64,000 nucleotides of DNA from Methanobacteriota archaeon (GCA_020725925.1 DYTN01000006.1:20269-84268), one strand, 5' to 3'. Positions 16,977 through 26,562 are shown, counted from the first letter of the stretch. Program-made: numbers and translations. Notes: generated from the sequence alone by a model not told the origin.

Positions 16977-16999
16977 GTGTGCAGGGACCTGATTTGAAC
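16977..16999 (+). repeat. Possible variant site H immediately after integrase 2
   Basis: GTGTGCAG-GGACCTG-ATTTGAAC: left arm 7/8 to site F, right arm identical to site E, but a 7-bp divergent spacer. Confidence 0.35.
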
Positions 17000-17708
17000 C
17001 TAGATAACCGGCGGAATCGCCCTCTACTCGTTTTCCCACTAATCCAACCACTGCCTGCCGCGGGATGGTTTCTCTACAGGCAAGGAGTGTGTTGTCAGTC
17101 CATAAGGCCTGGACAATCTGGCTACACTTCAATTGAGACTTGTCTGAGATGTTCAAAACAGGAGTAGCGCATTGCGTCTTCCGCGAGTTGATTCCCTGCC
17201 GTTATCATTTGCAGGTGAAACTCCTTCGCCGACAGAGAGCCGTCTTCCCTGCTATGATGGGGACAATGTCCTTCAGTCCAGTCGCCAATTCGCATTGACA
17301 CGGTCTCCTCAGTGCGTCTGAGGAAGTGCATCTAGGTCTCAGGACGCACGCAAAGCCGGAAAGCCACTGAAACCGCTCGACTTGCAGTCAAGCGTCTCGG
17401 ACAACGACTCAGACCAGCCATGCAGTCAGCGTGCCGCCGGGGTCTTAACACAACGCAAGGGTCTCTCTTGGGAAGCATAGGACTTCTGAAGGAGGATCGC
17501 TGGATTGGACGCAATGGAAGAGACCAAGACATAAGTATCTGGATGACGATACGATAGTTGGTCCGAAGAGCAACCTCGACTCGGGGGAGTTCTGAACGTG
17601 TGGGGAGGAATCGGCTCATTGCTGGAGACTCCGCCTCAATTCAATGAGGACTAATCTCGCCAGGCAGGCGTGCTTTTCTTTGCTGATATCAGGAAGTAAG
17701 CCGGAGAT

Positions 17709-20700
17709 GTGAAGCCCATGAATGGTCTAGGAGACACCCGTCGACAGGTAGTGTCAATTGTGTTTGTGAGTCTGCTGCTGTGCGTGTTCCAGTTTGTATC
17801 CATGCCAGCATCAGCACACAACATCGCTGTGACTTCAGCCGGAAAGTGGCAGGGATTCTTGCCAGTGACTCCTGATGGACAGTCAGGGTTTCATGACGCG
17901 CTAGTAGATCAAACGATAGGAACCACAGCGACCAAAACTGAGGTCGACGGCTCAGGATATCTGATTGGAACGGGAGGCGTCAGCTTCTCCGCCAACATAT
18001 GCAGGATTGAGGGCTCTGGTTCGTATACGACGGTCGAAGTGGATGTGGCCGCAAAAGCAGATTCGCGCCTAGGGATGTGGTATGCTGACCTGGGGCCGTA
18101 TTCAATTGGCAACAATGCCAAATTCGACTTCATTTCTGACAGCTCCTTAGAGGTCATATCCACAACAACCACTTTGGACGATTGTGGGTGGTGGTTGAAT
18201 GTTGTAGACAAGGATAACAATCCATGGCACATAGGCTACATGGGCGGATTCTACAACCATGTATGGGTTTGCACCAATGGATTTGTCGCTTTCGATGCTG
18301 CGGCTTCGAATGACGTCGGCGCATGGGTATCGGGCACCCCAGCGCCGATTGGCAGTCCTGAACTCCCGAATTCACTTGTTGCACCTCTATGGAGGAACTT
18401 ATACATGGACAAGGACAGCAAGATTGTCTATGGGCCGGGGTCATTCACCAAGATGATAAATGCCGGGTGCTTCATAATTGGCTGGATCAACATGCGGGAC
18501 TGGACTGATCCCCAAGTGAGATTGTCATTTGCGGTGTACTTCTATCACAGCTCTGCATTGGACGATTACTACTCGCAACACGACGACATTGAGTTCGTCT
18601 ACAAATCCTATACGGCCCTGGACGGGACAGTAATTGGGATTGAAGATGAAGCCGGAGGAATGGGGGACTACATCCTTCCCACTAATGTGAGCAAGGGCAA
18701 GTACTTCCAGATATACGCTGCGTTTGGAGGCTGGTACAGAATTAAGGAGATTGAGATTGGCTGCTTCAAGTTCGTCAGCGATGCGACTTCCTCAGCGAGT
18801 TTCGGTTCTACCGGGTCGGGGTGGACCTTTGGCGGAATGAATATCGGGGAATATATCTACAACAACCCTGACAATGATGGGGTCTTTGACACCCTTGACT
18901 CGATTCAAGATGGTCTTGACTGGTTCTCGGCGGGCACGACCGTTGTCGAACTGATGGTAGGGTGCCAGCTAGTTCCGGGATGGGGTCAGGGTCTTATCGC
19001 CGGCTATTTCATCGCACACAGCATCATCGATCTACTGCATACTCAAACTCCATCTAACAGCGAGCAGGGAATTGACCCGATGGAGCCAGATACTATGTCG
19101 GGAACGATGACCTCCCCGTGCAAGGATGATCTGGTTGGCGATGTTCCGGTAGATCCATACAAGCAGGTCTATCCATGGACTGCGAGTCTCGTAAGCCGCA
19201 TCAGGTGGAGTATCTTGGACACCTCGGTGGACCACACAATCGGACTGTACGCGAAGGTCACTTTCGTGGATCGGTCTGGGAAAACGTACCCCTTGAGCAC
19301 CCCCATGGATGTTGTGTCTTGTCCAACTCTAACTCTTTTCGGCACTGAGACAACGAAGAACGGCAATGGCCTCACCTCTGGTGAGATTCCTTGGGCTGCC
19401 CGAACCTCTCCAGACATGAAGAGATACAACTTCTACCCGTACAACTATGGCGGGGCGGTCGCCTGCTCACTCAGCACAGACGGCACAACGGAGTCCGGCT
19501 ACGATGTCATGGGGTGGAGCCGTTTGGCAGACTACCCGGCCCTGGACTACACGACCGGCGCAGATGGCTGGGTCAGAATCGAAGGCGATTTCATGCAGAT
19601 TGACAGCCTCCCACCTCACCTCGTATCGTCCGAGAGGATGGTCAACATCTACGTTATGTATTCTCCTCCATCGGATGTTTCCTATAGCGGGGAGCTCGAG
19701 GTCATCGCGCGAACGGCCAGGATTCTCGATGCTGATGATTCTGTCGGGAGCTGGGTGCACGCGTCTGTTGACATTGGTCCATTCGACCCGAATAGACACA
19801 TCAAAGTCGGGGTTGGAAGGCCGGCCTCCTCGGATACGAGCGAGGGTGTCGGAGTAGATTGGGTGAACGTCCAGGTAACACCAATTCCTGCTCCTCCGTC
19901 ACCAAACCAGAAGCCTACGGCGTACATCAACTCGGTGGCGCCTAATCCCGCATCCTATGGGACAGTTGTGACCCTCGACGGTTGGGGGTCGGATCCTGAC
20001 GGGTCGGTTGTCGCCTTCCATTGGTGGAGCAGCATTGACGGAGACTTGTATCTCGGCCCACAGAACGTCTATCAAACCTCTGATCTCTCCGTCGGAGATC
20101 ACATCATAAAGTACTGGGTCCAGGACGATGATGGCGCTTGGTCTGACGAATGGGTCCTCAGTGTTTCCTCAGTCAAAATCACCCAGGGCGATGCGCCGAC
20201 GAAGCCTGGAGCCCCACAATGGCCTTCTGCAAGTGAGCGAGACGGTGACTTCACATTGAGCTGGGACCCTGCTATCGACGATGGCCCAACGCCTCTTGAC
20301 CATTACGTGCTTCAGGAGATGGTCATCGGTGGGGGCTGGGTTACACTCAGTGATAATATTCCGAAGAACCCTCCCCAGTATTCTCCGGGCTACAGATCTC
20401 CTGGCACATACTATTACCAAGTCAAAGGCGTCGATACTGGAGGCTTGTCGGGACCGTGGTCGGATCTTAGTGACCCATGCACAGTTCCGTGGGATATGTC
20501 CGTGATGAGATCGGACGGTGCCGAGAATTCTCCCGCAATAGCGGCCGATCTGTCCGGAAACTACCATGTTGCCTGGGCCCAGCTGGTTGGTGGCAAGAAC
20601 GTGATCTGCTACGCTCTGCTGGACCCGAATTGGAATATCTTGTCTGGTCCGACTCAGCTCACTACGACTGCCTATGACTCAATCGAGCCCGTGATTGCTT

Positions 20701-21620
20701 TCTCTCCCTCCAAAGGCGTGAAGGTGGTCTGGTCGGACAACTCTGCGACGAACTACCAAATCCGCAGCGTTGTGATGGAACCGGGCGCCGTCATAGTGAA
20801 TGAGTGGCGAGTGAAGGGTTACAATTGCAGGGAACCGGATATTGCCGTTGATTCGGACGGGGGCTTCCATATTGTGTTCAAGGATTCCAAAGTCGCCAGC
20901 GACAAGAGACATGTGACGGAAGAGATACGCTGGATAGGCCCGGGTCAGTACGACAGGGAGACTCTATATTCCTACTACTTCGACTATGTCACAGGAGCCT
21001 CCCGAAATCATCTGGAATCGCCTAAGGTTGCGGTCGGCACGGGCAATATTGTTCATGTTGCATTCGCTAGGCAGTTTCCAGTCGTCGCTAGCCCTGCCGA
21101 GGTGGTGTACACGCGGATATCAGGAGGAGTCTGGCCAGAACCATGGGCGATAGCATCGATGATAGATGCACCATGGGACGTCTCGATAGACGCAGACTGG
21201 AGCAGCAACTACGTATGTGTCGTGTACGAGAATTGGGCAGGTGCATCCTATATGGACATACAGTTCACGATTAGTCCTGATGGGGGAATCACCTGGCCTG
21301 GAGCGCCTTCCCATTCTGGCACATTGGCTGGAAGCCGCCAGAAGTACGAGTCCGGACCCGATGCTAGCTTCAGCGCGGACGGCAAGGTCTATGTAGTCTG
21401 GAATAGCGACTATGGTACTGAGGGTCACGAAGTGTATTACGCGGTAAGCACAGATCACGGACTTACTTGGAGCTTGCGAACGCAAGTGAGCCAGGGATCT
21501 GGGGATTCGTTGTTCCCGAGGATTTGCATCTCAGCGTTGGGTGAAGTTGGAGTTGTGTGGCAAGATGCCCGCAACAACAGCGATTGGGACATCTACTTCA
21601 CCGCCAAGTTCTTCAGTTAG
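17709..21620 (+). CDS. Large secreted multidomain protein (signal peptide, nidogen-like region, PKD, FN3, C-terminal BNR/propeller region)
   Basis: Hydrophobic signal ending PASA; PKD-like 'TVVTLDGWGSDPDGSVVAFHWWSSIDG'; FN3-like 'FTLSWDPA...HYVLQE...GTYYYQVKGVD'; 'S.DGG.TW' and 'S.DHGLTW' BNR boxes. Likely start is ATG 17718. Confidence 0.75.
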   Translation: MKPMNGLGDTRRQVVSIVFVSLLLCVFQFVSMPASAHNIAVTSAGKWQGFLPVTPDGQSGFHDALVDQTIGTTATKTEVDGSGYLIGTGGVSFSANICRIEGSGSYTTVEVDVAAKADSRLGMWYADLGPYSIGNNAKFDFISDSSLEVISTTTTLDDCGWWLNVVDKDNNPWHIGYMGGFYNHVWVCTNGFVAFDAAASNDVGAWVSGTPAPIGSPELPNSLVAPLWRNLYMDKDSKIVYGPGSFTKMINAGCFIIGWINMRDWTDPQVRLSFAVYFYHSSALDDYYSQHDDIEFVYKSYTALDGTVIGIEDEAGGMGDYILPTNVSKGKYFQIYAAFGGWYRIKEIEIGCFKFVSDATSSASFGSTGSGWTFGGMNIGEYIYNNPDNDGVFDTLDSIQDGLDWFSAGTTVVELMVGCQLVPGWGQGLIAGYFIAHSIIDLLHTQTPSNSEQGIDPMEPDTMSGTMTSPCKDDLVGDVPVDPYKQVYPWTASLVSRIRWSILDTSVDHTIGLYAKVTFVDRSGKTYPLSTPMDVVSCPTLTLFGTETTKNGNGLTSGEIPWAARTSPDMKRYNFYPYNYGGAVACSLSTDGTTESGYDVMGWSRLADYPALDYTTGADGWVRIEGDFMQIDSLPPHLVSSERMVNIYVMYSPPSDVSYSGELEVIARTARILDADDSVGSWVHASVDIGPFDPNRHIKVGVGRPASSDTSEGVGVDWVNVQVTPIPAPPSPNQKPTAYINSVAPNPASYGTVVTLDGWGSDPDGSVVAFHWWSSIDGDLYLGPQNVYQTSDLSVGDHIIKYWVQDDDGAWSDEWVLSVSSVKITQGDAPTKPGAPQWPSASERDGDFTLSWDPAIDDGPTPLDHYVLQEMVIGGGWVTLSDNIPKNPPQYSPGYRSPGTYYYQVKGVDTGGLSGPWSDLSDPCTVPWDMSVMRSDGAENSPAIAADLSGNYHVAWAQLVGGKNVICYALLDPNWNILSGPTQLTTTAYDSIEPVIAFSPSKGVKVVWSDNSATNYQIRSVVMEPGAVIVNEWRVKGYNCREPDIAVDSDGGFHIVFKDSKVASDKRHVTEEIRWIGPGQYDRETLYSYYFDYVTGASRNHLESPKVAVGTGNIVHVAFARQFPVVASPAEVVYTRISGGVWPEPWAIASMIDAPWDVSIDADWSSNYVCVVYENWAGASYMDIQFTISPDGGITWPGAPSHSGTLAGSRQKYESGPDASFSADGKVYVVWNSDYGTEGHEVYYAVSTDHGLTWSLRTQVSQGSGDSLFPRICISALGEVGVVWQDARNNSDWDIYFTAKFFS

Positions 21621-21647
21621 GACGGCCGAAAGCAAGTTGAACGATAG

Positions 21648-21664
21648 AAACCCTTTCCCTTTTC
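21648..21664 (+). terminator. Putative pyrimidine-rich terminator
   Basis: aaaccctttcccttttc about 28 bp after the stop. Confidence 0.4.
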
Positions 21665-22069
21665 TAGTAATCCTGCTCGCTTGTCCTTTGTTTCCTTCAT
21701 CTTCTAGGCGAAGATCTGTCCCCTGAGATGCTTAGCTGGCAACGTGACCTCGAGATCAATCATGAGCCGAGAGCTAGACATGAACCCAATACTAGCCATG
21801 TCTTCAGGCATGTAGGTTCTTGCGCCCAACCGCACTCACTTCAACCAAATGACGGAGTCCTCTGTCCGTAGGTAGACGGAGTCTCCCCCCTCATTTTGCA
21901 TCGGCAAGTAAAGCATCCATTTTTGGTTGCCGGAAGACTCCGGGCCAATATCCGGGCCCAGACTCAACATCCGCCTCTTGCACGAAGTGCTTGTCTTCGA
22001 ACCCAAGAAGATTCATCTGTTAGTCTGCGATTCGGAGATCTAGCGCATGGTCAACTTCGGTGGCGTCAA

Positions 22070-22564
22070 ATGATTGATTTGCTGAAACTGGCGACTAAGC
22101 TGGAAGAGATGCGGTGCCGCCCTGCTGTCCTTTCTGGTCAGTGGGAGGGCCAGGGCTTCGACATAGTCGCAGGCAGCAACAAGAACGCGGTTCTGGTCAA
22201 GGTACTGAAGACGTTCGATGATCGCTCAGCAAAGGAAATCGAAAAGGTCTACACAGACCTCTGTGCGAAGTCCTCAGGCTGGCTCCTTGGAAGGAGATTT
22301 GAATTGGTCATCTTGGCCGAGACCGTCAATACTGACATTCAGCCGTACTTTGACTGGAGCGAGAGGCTCAGCAAGATAGCAGCTAGAGCGCGACTCTATG
22401 ACATGAAGAGTGGCGGTGGAAGGGTCTCCGTAGTCGACCTCGAGAACAAGGAAATCCTACCGCGAATGAAATGGTTTCCTGAGGACCGCAGCAACATCGG
22501 TCAGCAATTCCAGGAGCTTCATCTGAATTCAAGATGGGGTAGAGCTATAGTGGAGTGCTGGTAG
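22070..22564 (+). CDS. Hypothetical protein, possibly PD-(D/E)XK-like fold
   Basis: ATG 22070 within the 21896..22564 ORF. 'GFDIVAGSNKNAVLVKV' resembles the nuclease-fold core. Confidence 0.45.
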   Translation: MIDLLKLATKLEEMRCRPAVLSGQWEGQGFDIVAGSNKNAVLVKVLKTFDDRSAKEIEKVYTDLCAKSSGWLLGRRFELVILAETVNTDIQPYFDWSERLSKIAARARLYDMKSGGGRVSVVDLENKEILPRMKWFPEDRSNIGQQFQELHLNSRWGRAIVECW

Positions 22565-22631
22565 AAACCCGAAACGATTGCATCTCGCAACATCCCATGT
22601 GGCGAGCCTTCATCGGGTAGTCCGCCAAGAT

Positions 22632-22922
22632 TCACTCTCCATCCTGACGGTGCACGCCGTTCTTCTTGTGGAGCTTCTTCTCAGCTAGAGTCTCAAGCGT
22701 AGCCTTGATCGGAGACACTATGCCCTTCGCTTCATCAAGTTCCTGAAGCCTGATGGCTAGAAACGCCCCCAGGATGACGTCCCGGCTCTGATGCACGCAC
22801 TCACTCAGAATCACATCCCAATCAAGACTCCGTTCCGCGAGCAGAGCCATATCGTCAAGGTCTCCCGCTCTCTCGGTTACGCTCTTGAAGAGGAACGTGT
22901 CTTCCGGGGAGACGAGGTTGAT
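22632..22922 (-). pseudogene. C-terminal remnant of a DUF6036-like nucleotidyltransferase
   Basis: 'LVSPEDTFLFKSVTERAGDLDDMALLAERSLDW..IL.EC...LAIRLQEL.E..G.VSPIK' aligns to the C-terminal half of 4432..5091. The N-terminal catalytic half is absent. Confidence 0.75.
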
Positions 22923-22956
22923 CCTGGGTCTCCCAACCCCAGCGGTCTCGGTATTC

Positions 22957-24315
22957 TCAAACCGAAAGAAGGAGCCACCACAGGGGAAACATACCAATCG
23001 CCACACCCCCGACCTCCATGCTCCCCTGCTTGTCCTTCGTGACCATAAAGGCCTTGTCGCAGTCGTGGACCTCGCAGAACCTGACGAGGCCCTTTGCGTC
23101 CGACTTGTAGATGCTGCTCTGGTACTTCACCTCGATAGGGACCGGACGCGCTCTCGACGGGAGGACGATGTCCACCTCGTTCCCCTGAGAATCCCTCCAG
23201 AAATAGACCGGTGAAGTCCTGGACAGGTGGTTGTACACCGAGGTCTCCGCAAGTCTGCCTATCTCCTGAGTCCCGGTGGATTCGTCTAGGCCGAGGAGTG
23301 AGGTGATGAGTCCGTTGTCAGTCAGATATGCCCTCTTCGACGACCGTGCCTGCTTCACCATGCTCTTCGTGAAGTTGTAGCAGGTCGACATGAGCATCGC
23401 ACGTTCCAGGATGGACAGGTACTTCGAGGCCGTCTGCGCCTTCATGCCGATGTCGGGCGCGATGTTGGAGATCTCGAACCTCTGTGAGCTCATAGAGGCC
23501 AGTATCTTGAGGAGGTGCATCATACTAGCCGGGTTGGCGACGTTCTCCGTCTCAGGAAGATCATGGTACACGACGCGCTCCAAGACCGACTGCCGGATGT
23601 ACCTGTGCACTTTCGAGATTGGGCGCATGCCCACAGTCTCTGGATAACCCCCTCTTATCAGATACTCGTTTAGCGCATCGGAGACCTGCTCCTTGATGAG
23701 CATGAATGATGAAGGAATACCGGATCTCGACCAGATCAGGGGCAAGCGTGGTGCGTCAACGCCTCTGAACCTGAGGTACTCGCGGAAGGATAGCGTCGGG
23801 ACAGTGATGTCGAATGCCCTGCCTGCCAGGCTCTCGCCCATGCCCTTCTTCACACCGAGCGACGAGGAACCCGATGCGAAGATCTTCGCGTTCGGCTGGG
23901 CCTCATAGATGCGCTTGAGTAATGTGGGCCAGTCACGGACGAACTGGACCTCATCGAGGAATAGGAAGGCTCTGGCTTGTTTCGACGGTTTGGCTGGCAA
24001 CACATTGGTGAGGAAGTAGGAAACGACATCGTCGAGCACCGTATGTTCTCTGGAAAGCACCTCATCGAAGGAGAAGTAGAGGATGTTCCTGCGATTGGTA
24101 CCCTTGTCGAGTCGCTCCTGCATCGTCAGGATCATCGCGGTAGTCTTCCCCGATCTCCTTGGACCCGTGATCAGAAGAATCTGACGGTCCGCTAGGTATT
24201 TCGCAATCTCCTCTGTTGCATCTCTCGAATGGATCTTGTCCACGTGTTCGAGGAGACTCTCACCCCTCCATTGAGGGTTTGAGGCCTTCATCTGTCTGAT
24301 GATTTCTTCATTCAC
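22957..24315 (-). CDS. AAA+ ATPase with DUF4143 domain (COG1373)
   Basis: GPRRSGKTT, FLDEVQ, SGSSS, SLAGR, C-terminal 'EVDIVL...PIEVKY'; TATA attataaa about 25 bp upstream. Confidence 0.85.
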   Translation of the reverse strand: MNEEIIRQMKASNPQWRGESLLEHVDKIHSRDATEEIAKYLADRQILLITGPRRSGKTTAMILTMQERLDKGTNRRNILYFSFDEVLSREHTVLDDVVSYFLTNVLPAKPSKQARAFLFLDEVQFVRDWPTLLKRIYEAQPNAKIFASGSSSLGVKKGMGESLAGRAFDITVPTLSFREYLRFRGVDAPRLPLIWSRSGIPSSFMLIKEQVSDALNEYLIRGGYPETVGMRPISKVHRYIRQSVLERVVYHDLPETENVANPASMMHLLKILASMSSQRFEISNIAPDIGMKAQTASKYLSILERAMLMSTCYNFTKSMVKQARSSKRAYLTDNGLITSLLGLDESTGTQEIGRLAETSVYNHLSRTSPVYFWRDSQGNEVDIVLPSRARPVPIEVKYQSSIYKSDAKGLVRFCEVHDCDKAFMVTKDKQGSMEVGGVAIGMFPLWWLLLSV

Positions 24316-24557
24316 GCCCAGTCAATGTAATTTTGAGTTTATAATGATTTCCAGTAAGCCTAAAATTCGTGTGCGTGCTGCCCTTGGGGCCCCCCGGAGT
24401 CATTCTTTCCGACCCCGCCGCTCGTTCCGTTGTGCTTCGGTGTAAGGAGTTTGTGCGATAGTTGATAATTGATATTTGAATGACTTATCACAATTTGCAC
24501 AAATCATTGCGACGGTGACATGAAGAAGCGTTGGTCCTTGCTTCTCGCCGGCGAGTA

Positions 24558-24692
24558 TAGCTCCCTGCATTAATTGCCAGTAGATTCTGTGCCAATAACT
24601 GGGCGTCAATTTGTCCCTAACATTCGTGAATTCTTTAGGTGGGGGGTTTAATTGCCAGCAGATTCTCGGCAGATATCCGGGTCCTCGCACAT
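24558..24692 (+). repeat. RepB family: copies R1 (24558..24587) and R2 (24636..24692)
   Basis: taattgccagtagattct and taattgccagcagattct are 78 bp apart. R2 continues as gcagatatccgggtcctcgcacat. Confidence 0.65.
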
Positions 24693-24780
24693 TCTGCTCG
24701 AATAACCAAACTCAATTCCAGCGCAGACAGGTGAACCGCACGTCCTGAACGCCCATATGGTAGTCTCAGCAGTCCCCGTT

Positions 24781-25863
24781 TCAATGAGCGTGCCTGTGGT
24801 GGATATCGGGCCAATGAGGGTGATCGTGGGCTTCAGTCGGATGAGTATGCTCGTGGACATGAGGTTCCCTGACCGGACCTGGATGACAGTGGTCGTGGGA
24901 GAAGTCCCCATGAGCGTGTAGGTGCACGTGCGTCAACTCCTCGTGCTGATGTACGTGCGAGTGCCTCTCGTAAAGCATTGCCACAACACCACCCACCATC
25001 AGGACGGCCGCAGGCGCCACGACCCATCCGAGCGACTCGTCCAAGAGCGCCACGGAAACCGCTGCTCCCATGAATGGGCCCAAGCTGAAGAACGCTCCAG
25101 TCCTGGAAGCTCCAAGGCCTTGAAGTGCCAGTACAAAGAGGACCAAGCTGGCTCCGTAGCTCAGGGAACCCAGAACCAGAGCCCAGATGATATCGCTGCT
25201 CATCCTCACGTCCCATCCCAGGGCAAGGGCAAGTGCTATCGATGTGCAGCCCGCAACAAGCCCCTTGATCTGCGCAATCTGGATTGGGTCCTTTCCGCAG
25301 ATGTTCCTTGTGAAGTTGTTGTCCAGTCCCCAGCCTATTGCGGCTACGACAAGAAGCAGAGACCCAGTCACAGCAAACACATCCTCCTCGGGATTCCAGC
25401 TCAGGAGGACCCCTGCTGCAGTCATGCAAAGGATTGCCAAGACAATCCTCCGACCCAGACGCTCCTTGAAGAGCATCGTCGCGATTATCGCGGTTGCGAT
25501 ACCTTCAAGGTTGAGTAGAAGTGAAGCTGAGAAACCGGAGATCATTGTCAGGCCGGTCATGAGGCAGATTGGGGCCACGATTCCACCTGCGACTGTTGCC
25601 CCAACCAACCATGGTGCGTCATTTCGCCCCAAACGGCCCTTCAGGATTTCGCGTTGATCCGAAGTGGTTCGACGCAGGATGTCGTAGAGAGATAGCCCGG
25701 CCATGGCTCCAAAGTACAGAAGCCCGGCCAATGCGACAGGCGGAAGGTCTCCCAACAGCATCTTGGCGAACGGGGTGCCCATGCCGAACAGTACTGCGGA
25801 CGCAGCAGCGAACACTAACGGCAGTCTGTTGGCGCCTGCGGAATTCTGCAGTTGGATTCTCAC
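24781..25863 (-). CDS. EamA/DMT family transporter with His-rich C-terminal tail
   Basis: About 10 TM segments, followed by 'HSHVHQHEELTHVHLHAH...HDHPHWPDIHHRHAH'. Confidence 0.85.
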   Translation of the reverse strand: MRIQLQNSAGANRLPLVFAAASAVLFGMGTPFAKMLLGDLPPVALAGLLYFGAMAGLSLYDILRRTTSDQREILKGRLGRNDAPWLVGATVAGGIVAPICLMTGLTMISGFSASLLLNLEGIATAIIATMLFKERLGRRIVLAILCMTAAGVLLSWNPEEDVFAVTGSLLLVVAAIGWGLDNNFTRNICGKDPIQIAQIKGLVAGCTSIALALALGWDVRMSSDIIWALVLGSLSYGASLVLFVLALQGLGASRTGAFFSLGPFMGAAVSVALLDESLGWVVAPAAVLMVGGVVAMLYERHSHVHQHEELTHVHLHAHGDFSHDHCHPGPVREPHVHEHTHPTEAHDHPHWPDIHHRHAH

Positions 25864-25929
25864 CTCGGATTTGAAATCGGCTATATCGTCACGCGCTATT
25901 TAGATTCTCCAGCCAACTCAAGGGCAGAC

Positions 25930-26562
25930 ATGGAGAAACTTCATATTCGAGCATCACATAGTGAAGGAACTGGAATGGAAAGGCTGGTCCGTCTGCGGAA
26001 GAGCCTTCGCGGATCGAGCGTGGGCCCTTCTCTCAGGCGGTTCTTCGTCAACACACTATTCGACTCTACATTCATGCTTCTGGGAGTGATCATCGGCTCT
26101 GCGTTCTCGGACAATCCAGACATCGAGGTCGTGGTGGGTACGATGATCACTACCAGCCTCGCACTAGGGATATCGACGGGCGTCAGCGTTTATGAAGCCG
26201 AGAACCTGGAGAGAGGCATACGCATTTCTCAGATTGAGAAAGCGATGATAAGGAACCTCGACGAGACAGTCATCGCGGAGTCGGCCAGAAAAGCGGCCCT
26301 CGTGGTTTCCCTCGCGAACTTCGCGACGCCGCTCGTTTCGTGTGCTGTCACTATTCTGCCCTTCGTGCTGGCACTTCAGGGTGTGCTACAGCTCAGGACC
26401 GCGGCGTGGATTGCGATCGGGTTCGCACTCGCCATACTATTCACTGCGGGAGTAATCCTCGGACGTCTTGGGAACAAGAACCCGTGGCTCAAGGGATTGA
26501 GGATGCTGGGCTTCGGTGTCCTGGCCTTCGTCATCGGATATCTGATCGAAGTGCTCATCTGA
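25930..26562 (+). CDS. VIT1/CCC1 family transporter (archaeal TIGR00267-like)
   Basis: 'RRFFVNTLFD..FMLLGVIIG', 'ALGISTGVSVYEAE..E', 'LGRL..KNPW..GLRM'. The ORF track extends to TTG 25852. Confidence 0.8.
   Translation: MEKLHIRASHSEGTGMERLVRLRKSLRGSSVGPSLRRFFVNTLFDSTFMLLGVIIGSAFSDNPDIEVVVGTMITTSLALGISTGVSVYEAENLERGIRISQIEKAMIRNLDETVIAESARKAALVVSLANFATPLVSCAVTILPFVLALQGVLQLRTAAWIAIGFALAILFTAGVILGRLGNKNPWLKGLRMLGFGVLAFVIGYLIEVLI

Larger units (their letters stand above)
3277..16999. mobile_element. Tyrosine-recombinase cassette array / tandem integrative island with repeated 24-bp recombination-type sites
   Basis: Two paralogous integrases, a duplicated small-ORF/wHTH/DUF3467 core, seven co-oriented 8-8-8 sites at module boundaries, and TA/defence-like cargo. 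Confidence 0.75.

Noticed and set aside
3277-16999. Classical integron (IntI/attC)
   Set aside because: The integrases lack the IntI-specific insertion, and the sites lack RYYYAAC...GTTRRRY ends and are only 24 bp.
17122-17619. Short minus-strand ORFs after integrase 2
   Set aside because: No motifs and atypical composition; not supportable as genes.
21851-21883. Short direct repeat gacggagtc x2
   Set aside because: Only 9 bp and with no association to other elements; likely chance.
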